Origin: Candidatus Uhrbacteria bacterium
GTDB lineage: Bacteria > Patescibacteriota > Patescibacteriia > UBA9934 > GWF2-40-263
NCBI GenBank assembly: GCA_016844925.1
Contig: JAERTI010000018.1
Location: 1,221-65,220, forward strand
Direction of reading: 5' to 3'
DNA: 64,000 nt
Shown here piece by piece: positions 1 to 8,126 of the stretch; the first letter of the stretch is position 1; the number at the start of each line of letters is the position of its first letter. The position numbers were made by a program, and so were the translations under genes. The notes beneath the pieces were generated by a model. The model was not told where the DNA came from and searched no databases. It saw only the letters and a program-made list of their open reading frames with translations.

Positions 1-27
1 CGAGGGTTAATCGTCGTCGTCGGGTCA

Positions 28-2127
28 TCATACTTGGAGCGAGTCACGTAACTTATCTGCCTCCGCCTTTCCCTCCGCTTCCCCCGCAAGAAGTGCTGCT
101 GCGGCATCTTGTGCCGCCACCTCTTGTTCAGCCTCTCTCTGCGCTTCTTGTGCATCGGCTTCTACATCAAACACCTGTTCTTCTTCTACCACCTCCTCCT
201 GCTCAGCCCGTGCCTGCTGCTCTCGCTGCGCGCGCTCTGCCGCAAACTCTTTCTCTTCTTCCTCTTGCTCGAGAAGCTGTGCCGGGTTGGTTGTCACAAT
301 ACGGTCCTCTGTATAAGAAGCCACAATCTTAATGGCGGCATGCTTTGATCCAGCAAAGAAGATCCCCTCACCCACACCAGACTCCAGAAGAAGATACTTT
401 TCGCCGTCGGTAAGATGGAATGTTTTTTGAATGTTATCTGCAGCGCTCGGCGACTGTTTGAGCAATATCTGCATTGCCGAGTTGGTCACAATGGCCTGAC
501 CGTAGGCAGAGCGCAAAAAGTCGTTCACGTCCTGCGTAATGGTCGTCACACCCATGAAGTACTTTCGCGCACGTTTTACAAGTGCGAAGATAAACTTCGC
601 GGAGTCCTCTTGTTGCATCAGCCACCACGCCTCATCCACCACGAGAATACGCTTCTTGCGAATCGATCTCGTCACATTCCAAATGTAGTTGATGATGGAG
701 TAGATGGCGACCGGGCGTAGCTCATCTTCAAGATCACGCACAGAGAACACCACAAGCTGGTTACTCATCTCTACATTCGTCGGCTGGTTCAAGAGCCCGG
801 CGAACGTTCCATCGATATACTTATGCAGTCGCGCAACAAGCTCCGCAGAGCCCTCCATGCCCTCAAGTACATCCTCAAAGTCTGTCAGTGTTGGCGGATC
901 AATCTCATCAAGTTTCAACAAGTCTGGCGTAATATCCTTCTTCGCATAAGTCTCAATGAGTGCACGGTCAAGAAGCGAATCTTCCTCTGGAGTAAAACCA
1001 AGCTTCCCACCTTCACCAATAGGCTGACCGATCATGATGCGCAACAGTCCTTTGAGGGTAATAACAGCGGAGCGAATAATATCTTCCACCTTTGTCCCCT
1101 CTCCCACCGCACGCGGAAGATCAAACGGATTCACCTTCGCCTCCGAGGCGAGCGAAACATTAATGAACGTTCCTCCCACAGCATCGGAAAGATCTTTATA
1201 CTCATACTCCGGATCGATCACGATCACGTCCGTTCCCATCATGAGCGACCGAAGAATCTCGAGTTTGATCGCGTAAGATTTTCCTGCACCAGAGGTTGCA
1301 AACACCACCGAGTTGGCATTTTGTAGAGAGAATCGATCAAAGAGAATCAAGGAGTTGTTGTGACGGTTGATGCCGTACAAAATACCGTTATCCGAAGTCA
1401 GATCAGAAGAAATAAACGGGAACGAAGCCGCAATCGGCGACGTGTTCATGTTGTAGTTGATCATGAGTTCGTCATTTCCAAGCGGCACCGTGGAGTTGAA
1501 CCCCTGCTCTGCCTGGTAGAACCCAGCCTTGGTGTAAATCAACTTCGAGCCAAAGAGCGCCTCCACCTCATCGGTATACCGGCTCAGCTCCTGCTCATCT
1601 TTGGCGTAAATCGTAATGTAAAACGAGAACTGGAAGAAATGTTCAATCCCCTGTGTGAGCGCATCTCGCAACCCTTCGATGTCACGCAACGCTGTCTCAG
1701 CAATCGGGTCTCGTGGAGCCCCCTTCTCTGCATCAGATAGAATCTTCGCTTCAAAAATACCCACCTTCTTCTGAAGCTGCTTCAACACCACGTTCGCCTT
1801 AAGGGGGTAGAAAAACATGGCTACATCAAACGTCTTGTTCAAGTTGATGAGCGGCGTGGACCACCCAAGACCGATGTGACGAGGGTACGTAATGATAAAC
1901 AGCGTCCGCACATACATTCCTGACAGCTTGAGATACGTTGGCTTCACCTCAAAACTCGCCGGCGAAATCACGTCCTTCACGGTTACGACTCCACGGCGAT
2001 AAATCCGCTCTTCCTCCAAGATCTCCTTCTCCTTCTTTGCCTTCACTACCTCCTGTTTCTCTGGCTTTTTCTTCTCCGGAGCCTTGGTCGGCATTGCTTG
2101 TTTAATTGTCCCAATATCAATAGCCAT
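28..2127 (-). CDS. VirB4/TrbE/CagE-like type IV secretion ATPase (Gram-positive PrgJ/TcpF-like) with an acidic E/A/Q-rich C-terminal tail
   Basis: Walker A GAGKS and Walker B VVDEAW are present. The N-terminal domain pattern PTYLKLSGMYVRTLFIITYP matches conjugative VirB4. Length is 699 aa with a K/E-rich N-terminal linker. Confidence 0.8.
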   Translation of the reverse strand: MAIDIGTIKQAMPTKAPEKKKPEKQEVVKAKKEKEILEEERIYRRGVVTVKDVISPASFEVKPTYLKLSGMYVRTLFIITYPRHIGLGWSTPLINLNKTFDVAMFFYPLKANVVLKQLQKKVGIFEAKILSDAEKGAPRDPIAETALRDIEGLRDALTQGIEHFFQFSFYITIYAKDEQELSRYTDEVEALFGSKLIYTKAGFYQAEQGFNSTVPLGNDELMINYNMNTSPIAASFPFISSDLTSDNGILYGINRHNNSLILFDRFSLQNANSVVFATSGAGKSYAIKLEILRSLMMGTDVIVIDPEYEYKDLSDAVGGTFINVSLASEAKVNPFDLPRAVGEGTKVEDIIRSAVITLKGLLRIMIGQPIGEGGKLGFTPEEDSLLDRALIETYAKKDITPDLLKLDEIDPPTLTDFEDVLEGMEGSAELVARLHKYIDGTFAGLLNQPTNVEMSNQLVVFSVRDLEDELRPVAIYSIINYIWNVTRSIRKKRILVVDEAWWLMQQEDSAKFIFALVKRARKYFMGVTTITQDVNDFLRSAYGQAIVTNSAMQILLKQSPSAADNIQKTFHLTDGEKYLLLESGVGEGIFFAGSKHAAIKIVASYTEDRIVTTNPAQLLEQEEEEKEFAAERAQREQQARAEQEEVVEEEQVFDVEADAQEAQREAEQEVAAQDAAAALLAGEAEGKAEADKLRDSLQV

Positions 2128-2132
2128 ACCTC

Positions 2133-2831
2133 TTATCCTGTGACGTGTGTCTCTTCTTCAAACTGAATCTTATTAATATCTGAAAGCCCCTCAGCCGCAA
2201 ACACATCTGGGTTATACACATTGTAATAAAGCTCGATGAGACTCTCTGTATCAAGCCGAGCGCTCTCAAGGCCCATGGAGTTAAGCTGTCCCTGAGCAAT
2301 ATCCACACGCCGCCCAAGTTGCTCGATGCGATCTGCCAACTGCTTCTTGTTCAACTTTGCCGCCGCCGCAGGTGAGAGCGCCTCAGAAAGACGTGTCCAG
2401 AAGTTCTTCTTTTTATTTGTCAGCGGGTCATACGGAATCACCAGATAGAACATCTTTTGCATGATTTGCCCAAGCTCAACAAGCTCACCCACAAAGTTTC
2501 GGTAGTCGGCAATCTGTGAACGCAGCAGATCATTTTGAATCGTTCTCTCCTGTTCCCTTAGACGGCTCATATACCCGTCAATGTTCATGCGCCTGGACTG
2601 AATCACGACCTGCACCGGGTACTCAAGACTATTCAAAAATGTCATGTACGCCTGAATAATCGCCTCCTGCTCCTCACTCGATTTCAGAGCAAAGTTAATA
2701 CTCGCAACAAGAAGTACCGCGCGCACGGTTCCATCTTTGAGGAGCACCATGTCATCACGAATCTCCGCGATGTCGAGATACTTCACCGTAGAGGGTCCTG
2801 GTTTTGGTTTTGCGAGTTTCTTTGATTGCAT
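2133..2831 (-). CDS. hypothetical T4SS-associated protein; its N-terminal segment resembles the first module of Gram-positive VirB4 proteins
   Basis: 232 aa. The motif YLDIAEIRDDMVLLKDGTVRAVLLVASINFALKSSEEQ resembles the extreme N-terminus of Gram-positive VirB4 proteins such as TcpF. The ORF ends 5 nt before the VirB4 start, in a different frame. Confidence 0.4.
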   Translation of the reverse strand: MQSKKLAKPKPGPSTVKYLDIAEIRDDMVLLKDGTVRAVLLVASINFALKSSEEQEAIIQAYMTFLNSLEYPVQVVIQSRRMNIDGYMSRLREQERTIQNDLLRSQIADYRNFVGELVELGQIMQKMFYLVIPYDPLTNKKKNFWTRLSEALSPAAAAKLNKKQLADRIEQLGRRVDIAQGQLNSMGLESARLDTESLIELYYNVYNPDVFAAEGLSDINKIQFEEETHVTG

Positions 2832-2833
2832 AC

Positions 2834-3265
2834 CTATTCTTCAGGCTGATAGACACCACCTGTATTCACCACAAGGGTGAGCTCTTGCAAACGTGATGTC
2901 GCTGAAAATTCTTTTCGCTTGAATACATCCGATGGTGGTGGTGGTTCACGCTTCATCAATTCCTTCAGCTCACTATCGGTATAGACCTTATTCCACACAC
3001 GAAGCTTTGGTTTCTTTGCGGTCTGGAGAACATTCAGCGCAAAATAGTGAAAGTTGGCTCCGTTGATTTTCACAAACGCCACGATGCCCGCAATGACAAT
3101 GACCGGGACAGCCGTCAACAAAAATGTCACGAATGAAAGAAGTTTAAACAGAACAAAGTCGACCAGAATCGCAAACATCAGAATCAAAAACTGTCGTGCC
3201 GTGACAGGCCCAAAAATCTTGTCTTCTGCATCAATAAATTGTGGCACGACAAATTGATCTGGCAT
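2834..3265 (-). CDS. small two-TM membrane protein (VirB3/TcpE-like candidate)
   Basis: 143 aa with two hydrophobic helices (FLILMFAILVDFVLFKLL and LLTAVPVIVIAGIVAFV). It sits immediately upstream of the VirB4-like genes, as VirB3-like proteins usually do. Confidence 0.4.
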   Translation of the reverse strand: MPDQFVVPQFIDAEDKIFGPVTARQFLILMFAILVDFVLFKLLSFVTFLLTAVPVIVIAGIVAFVKINGANFHYFALNVLQTAKKPKLRVWNKVYTDSELKELMKREPPPPSDVFKRKEFSATSRLQELTLVVNTGGVYQPEE

Positions 3266-3277
3266 ACGTCTATTCTA

Positions 3278-5026
3278 TCAGAATCTCAGCTCCGCGTTCA
3301 CATGCATAATGGCCGCGAGCTCTTCATCAGAGAGTGTCTCCTCCCCTGCCATTCGATGCTGCTCAAGAACCTGTGTCACAGGCACACCCGCCAGCACGGC
3401 TTCACGCGTAAGATCAACGTACATCTTGTGCAAAGGAGACGTGCGCCAGGCATCGATGGCAGCAATCTTCTCTGCATGTCCCTGCTGGTCTTCAATGAGA
3501 TCCACTTTATCTTTCAATTTTGTGGCGGCCTGATTTGGATCTGATGAAAGCCTTCGGAAGTCTGTAAGGTCAAGTGTCTGCAACTCATCAACTGGACCAC
3601 TGAGACGCTTTTCAAACGTAATCTCCTTCATTGATGGCGTGCCATGAGGTTTAGGCACCGGAGCTTTCGCGCTCTCAATAGCCGCCTTCACTCGACCCGC
3701 GTCAATCTTCCCTTCACGCTCTCGCATTTCATGATGAGCGCTCACAGCCGCACTTGTTCTAGATACTGGAGGTGCTGTTGGAGCTACACCTGCCACAGGA
3801 GCCTTCCCCGTAAGATCTGCGTAGCGCTTTGCCAGGTGTTGCTGTTGCTTCTTAGCCTGCTCCGTTTTTTTCTCACGCCGAGCAATGCGCTCCTGCACAT
3901 GTTCCTGCTTACGCACAGCCATCTTCCCCTCATGACTACGCTCGTAGGCCTGCACATCTGCCTCAAGCGCTTCCATAATGTCAGCAAGACGACGCCCTTT
4001 CACACCCAATCCACCTTTATCCACCGCACGCTCAAGTGTCACCATAGCTCCACGCGCATCGCGCACACCGCGCACGCGCGACTCCACAATCTTCTTACAT
4101 CGACCCTCCAAAAGCGGATCATCAAACTTAAACGGATCCTTCTGACAAATCTTTGCCACAATCGCCTCAGGGGTCACAAGCTCAGAAGTCTGAACCACAT
4201 GCGACTGCTCTTTGGCGATCTGTTCAACTTCTTTTTTGTCTTCTTCAAGAGACGCCTCAGGGGAAACTTCCTTTACAACCTTAGTCTGTAAAGGAGCTGG
4301 TGGTTCTTTTGGTGTCTCCACAGGCTTCGGTGCCACCTTCTCCGCGGGCACCACAGGCTCAGCTTGAGCCAACTCTGCAACAACCAATCTTTGCGGAACA
4401 CGGAACGCCTGCATCTGCTCATCAGCATCAATGGTCGACAGAAGAATTTCTGCGCCATTCTCTGTGAGTCCCAGCCCATCAATTTTTACAGAATGCGTAA
4501 GCCGTTCTTTTGTCTGATTGCGCTGCGTGTGCCCCGAAAGATATTCAATCAGAATGGTTTCCAATCTACGGGCTATGCGTGCCTGTGTGATATCAGGAAC
4601 AGACGCCACATAATTCTTCACATAGCTCTCAAGCGTCTCCTCTTCCTTTTCCTCCTTCTCTTCAACCTTCTTCTCTACTTCACCAGCAGATAGCTCAACC
4701 TCCCAAGAAGCTGCCAACTCCTGCAAGTTAAACGGAAGGTGAGTTTGAATCTTTACAAGTATCTCCGTCACAATTCCCGATACAAGCCCCTCTATCGACG
4801 TCGGCTGAATTCCAATGGCTTCCAGTCCCTTCAAAAATCCATCTGGATCTACATCTTGCTCCACCAGGGAAAAGACTAACCCGCTAATCTTAGGAACGTA
4901 CGCATCGTCAATCCCCAAACTCTCAGCCAACTGCTCATAGGTCTCAAACGCATCTGCACTCCACAAATAATCACTCGCCTCCTTAGGTAGTGTGTTTTGG
5001 ATTACCTTTTGCGCAGTTGGTTCCAT
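3278..5026 (-). CDS. hypothetical soluble protein with acidic and coiled-coil segments, inside the T4SS-like cluster
   Basis: 582 aa ORF with no transmembrane segment. It has KEE-rich and K/E/Q-rich stretches and is tightly packed between the VirB6-like and VirB3-like genes. Confidence 0.4.
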   Translation of the reverse strand: MEPTAQKVIQNTLPKEASDYLWSADAFETYEQLAESLGIDDAYVPKISGLVFSLVEQDVDPDGFLKGLEAIGIQPTSIEGLVSGIVTEILVKIQTHLPFNLQELAASWEVELSAGEVEKKVEEKEEKEEETLESYVKNYVASVPDITQARIARRLETILIEYLSGHTQRNQTKERLTHSVKIDGLGLTENGAEILLSTIDADEQMQAFRVPQRLVVAELAQAEPVVPAEKVAPKPVETPKEPPAPLQTKVVKEVSPEASLEEDKKEVEQIAKEQSHVVQTSELVTPEAIVAKICQKDPFKFDDPLLEGRCKKIVESRVRGVRDARGAMVTLERAVDKGGLGVKGRRLADIMEALEADVQAYERSHEGKMAVRKQEHVQERIARREKKTEQAKKQQQHLAKRYADLTGKAPVAGVAPTAPPVSRTSAAVSAHHEMREREGKIDAGRVKAAIESAKAPVPKPHGTPSMKEITFEKRLSGPVDELQTLDLTDFRRLSSDPNQAATKLKDKVDLIEDQQGHAEKIAAIDAWRTSPLHKMYVDLTREAVLAGVPVTQVLEQHRMAGEETLSDEELAAIMHVNAELRF

Positions 5027-5031
5027 GTCTA

Positions 5032-7980
5032 TTACAAGCTCATTTTGTCTCTCGCTGTCGTGATCTCACTCAGATGGGTCTGTAGGGCCGCGATGCGCTG
5101 GTTCAACTCCTTTACCTCTTCCACTTCTTCTGGATTGAACTCCTTCAGCTCCGCTGCCTTGGCTTCAATTTGCGCTTTCAATTTCACGACAACCTCATCT
5201 TTCTCTACGGCCCTCTTCCTCGCATCCGGCATGACAGATTGACTCTTGGCAGCGTTCAGCTGAGCCAGAAGCGCATTTGCTTTCTCCTCTGCTTCATCCA
5301 CCCACTTCTTCGGCGTACCTGGTTGAGTTTTTACATGATCCGCCTGTTGCCGTGCTCTTACATACTCCGCGCGAATGCTTTCCGTCTTATCAAGCAGATC
5401 TTTATCAATCTTGACGCGCGCCTGCTCCAAACTCTCTGTGAGTTTTCGCAATGAATCCTCAATGCCTGATCGACGCCCTGACACCAACTCATCACGTGCC
5501 TTGGTGCGCTCAGAAAGTTCTTGGTTCTTAATACTCTGCTGTGTGCTCAAGTGCTCTGCTGCCTGCTGACGCTGCCCCTCTGAGGCAAGATTCATCTTCG
5601 CTCCATAAGCGTCACCGCTCTGACCTTCATCAAGTAAGTCCATTGGCGGCGGCACACGACCCTCTGCAACCTCCTGCAGTGCATTCAAACGCTTAAGCAT
5701 CTTGGCGTTTCCACGACCACCTGCGGTGACCCTACCCTTCTTTGTATCGAACTCGGCCCGTAGACCATTCATGTGCTGGAGCAAGTCGAGACGGTCTGCA
5801 TCACTTGTTCCCTCGGCGGTATAGCGACTTGCCAATGAGGAGATGAGCGACTCTGCGCGCTTCGTGTCACCATCAGCCATAGCAAGATCGATTCCCTGAC
5901 GGATAGACATCGTTGACCCCGTTGAACCAAGTTCACTAACATCTGCCAGGCGCAAATCATCTTTTGACATGGTCGCGAACCGATCTCCTGGCTTGAGTCC
6001 AATGGCAGCGGCTTTCTTGTTTCCTTCACGTCCCTGAACAAGCGCATCGTAGGCGGAAAGTGGCTTCTTATCATCGCCCAAATGTGTCGACTGAATTTTC
6101 TTCAAGTGCTCGCGCACCTCTGGATTCTGGAGCGCTGCATCGGAGAGACCCTTCACATCCCCATAAGAATCAATCGAATCAAGACCTGCTCCGGAATAAT
6201 GAACATTTGCCTTTTCAAAACTCTTCACCGCGCCCATCTTGGCCGAATCATGACCAAACATCTTCTTGTACTTGTCGCCATACTGCTCATGCATCTTCTT
6301 CACGCGGTCCTGTCCAAGATCCTTCTGCATCTGGCTGTCTCCAAGCATCTCCTCATAAAGGGCTGTTGCCTGTGCCTCACCCGAAACGGATGACGGAGGT
6401 GAATCCAAGAAACGCTTTGCCATGTCGGTCTTGCGCTGACGTGTCATGTCTTTGAGCTTTCCTTTCTGCTCTTCTACACCCTGACCAGCACTCTGAGAAA
6501 GAATATCGGCCTTCTTACGCTCGCGATCCGCACGCCATCGTCCAATGGCCCCGGAACCACGACCTTCTGCTCTCTTGCGGAGGCGCTCTGCCTGACTCAA
6601 GCGGTCCATCTTCGTCTTGGCAGCAACATCTCGAGCAAACTTACTTCCCGGTGCACCCGCAACCCCGGCCTTCGCCAAACCTGCAGCTCCCATAGCTCCA
6701 CGAGCCGTAAGGGCAGCTCCCGTACCAGCAAGTTTAAGGCCCGCTCCTGCTGCTGCAGGTGCTGCTGCCACCATGGTCCGAGGAGACTTAGCCACTCTTG
6801 TAATAAGCCCCTTCGCTGGATCGAGTGCATATTTTTGCATGATTCCACCAGCCTTCTTTGAACCTGCACACACTTGCGCGGCCGCATCAAAACTCGCGAA
6901 CATCAAAATACAACCAATCAGAAAGCTCATGAAGTTATCAAGCTGGAGCGCCTGAGAGTAGAAGTCCGCACTGTTGGAGCCAGACGAAACATCAAACCCA
7001 GACTTCTCCGCAATATTCCCTGCCGCCGCAACCGCTAATGTGAGCCACAAAAAGAATGTGAGTACAGGACCAATGGCTACCAGACACTTAAACTCCGCCC
7101 ACCAATTTTTGTAAAAATCAGAACTAATCACCCCCTCGGCCCCCTTCATAAACCACGCCATCGGAGCCAAAACAACCAACACCCAAAGTCCCACAATCCT
7201 GAAAAGCAAAATTGCTACCAGGAAGAAAAGGATTACCAGCACTCCAATGACCATAACCACCGAAAGAACACCGGCTGCAAGAAAGTCGAATGCCTCCAGG
7301 GCCCGACCTTCATCGATCACGGAAGAATTATTTGAAATGGCGTAGAGCTGATTCAGACCAAACAACTGAATAATGTTCCCTGCCGCAATCTCTCGCAGAG
7401 CGTTGGCAAAGGTCAGCATAATTACCTGACCAAAGTCGATCATGATGCCGCAGAGTGTTTTGGAGAAGTTAATCACCAACGCCATGATCATGAGTTGTGG
7501 CACCTGCTGCTGCCACTTGAAACGTGAGTGCCCAAAGATGGTTCCAAACGCGATGATAATAAGCACCACCACAAAGAACATGTTCACCGTGTCACGCACA
7601 ATCGCCCACCCTGCACTCACCACGTGATTGTTTGTAAATTCGTTGTACGTCATCACCGGCACCATCACATCAATAAGGAGCACAATGGCTGATGTTAAAA
7701 TTGCCGCTAACTGAAATGCCCCCTCAGCCATCAGGTTCATGATATTGTCGAACTCAAACTCTTGTGCGTACGCCGGTCGCGCCGCTACCAAAGAAAGAGC
7801 CGTCAAAACCAAAACACTCCGCCCACGGTGAAGCTGACGTGTCGGAACACCCCTACCACGCTGTCTCAGGGCGTCACGAAACTCGCGTAAACGAGAAAAA
7901 AATCGCCACATAAGTACCAAAATTATAGCATAGCGATAGTAAATGCGGGCGATGAAATGGGGATAATATAAATACCGCAT
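5032..7980 (-). CDS. VirB6/TrbL-like polytopic membrane protein with a long C-terminal Ala/Gly/Lys-rich and coiled-coil extension; the true start is probably the internal Met near 7911
   Basis: There are six or more hydrophobic helices in the first roughly 380 aa after a signal-like segment ending AYAQE. A long charged low-complexity tail follows, as in TcpH/Orf15-type VirB6 proteins. The first 23 codons overlap a terminator-like hairpin. Confidence 0.55.
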   Translation of the reverse strand: MRYLYYPHFIARIYYRYAIILVLMWRFFSRLREFRDALRQRGRGVPTRQLHRGRSVLVLTALSLVAARPAYAQEFEFDNIMNLMAEGAFQLAAILTSAIVLLIDVMVPVMTYNEFTNNHVVSAGWAIVRDTVNMFFVVVLIIIAFGTIFGHSRFKWQQQVPQLMIMALVINFSKTLCGIMIDFGQVIMLTFANALREIAAGNIIQLFGLNQLYAISNNSSVIDEGRALEAFDFLAAGVLSVVMVIGVLVILFFLVAILLFRIVGLWVLVVLAPMAWFMKGAEGVISSDFYKNWWAEFKCLVAIGPVLTFFLWLTLAVAAAGNIAEKSGFDVSSGSNSADFYSQALQLDNFMSFLIGCILMFASFDAAAQVCAGSKKAGGIMQKYALDPAKGLITRVAKSPRTMVAAAPAAAGAGLKLAGTGAALTARGAMGAAGLAKAGVAGAPGSKFARDVAAKTKMDRLSQAERLRKRAEGRGSGAIGRWRADRERKKADILSQSAGQGVEEQKGKLKDMTRQRKTDMAKRFLDSPPSSVSGEAQATALYEEMLGDSQMQKDLGQDRVKKMHEQYGDKYKKMFGHDSAKMGAVKSFEKANVHYSGAGLDSIDSYGDVKGLSDAALQNPEVREHLKKIQSTHLGDDKKPLSAYDALVQGREGNKKAAAIGLKPGDRFATMSKDDLRLADVSELGSTGSTMSIRQGIDLAMADGDTKRAESLISSLASRYTAEGTSDADRLDLLQHMNGLRAEFDTKKGRVTAGGRGNAKMLKRLNALQEVAEGRVPPPMDLLDEGQSGDAYGAKMNLASEGQRQQAAEHLSTQQSIKNQELSERTKARDELVSGRRSGIEDSLRKLTESLEQARVKIDKDLLDKTESIRAEYVRARQQADHVKTQPGTPKKWVDEAEEKANALLAQLNAAKSQSVMPDARKRAVEKDEVVVKLKAQIEAKAAELKEFNPEEVEEVKELNQRIAALQTHLSEITTARDKMSL

Positions 7981-8013
7981 GGGCGTTACGAGCGAGCTCG
8001 TGTTCCCATGCGG
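7975..8013 (-). terminator. GC-rich hairpin (9-bp stem CCGCATGGG/CCCATGCGG with a nested palindrome) followed on the minus strand by UAUUUAUAUUAU; candidate intrinsic terminator of the M23 peptidase gene
   Basis: The inverted repeat is read directly from the sequence, with an A/T-rich tract on the minus-strand 3' side. Confidence 0.45.
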
Positions 8014-8126
8014 TTCGTGAAAGGGCTAGCCTCCCATGAGTTCCTCCTAACGGGGCATAGCCCCTGTGCAAATGCGCGGCTTGCGCGGCTCTGCAGAAGA
8101 GACTCAGAGGGCGGCTCTCCTGCGTA

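Noticed and set aside
2127-2133. Possible same-frame read-through between the 232-aa ORF and VirB4
   Set aside because: Checked by hand: the two ORFs are in different frames (end coordinates 2831 and 2127 differ modulo 3), and the VirB4 frame has a TGA 10 codons upstream of its ATG. Only a frameshift, not read-through, could join them.
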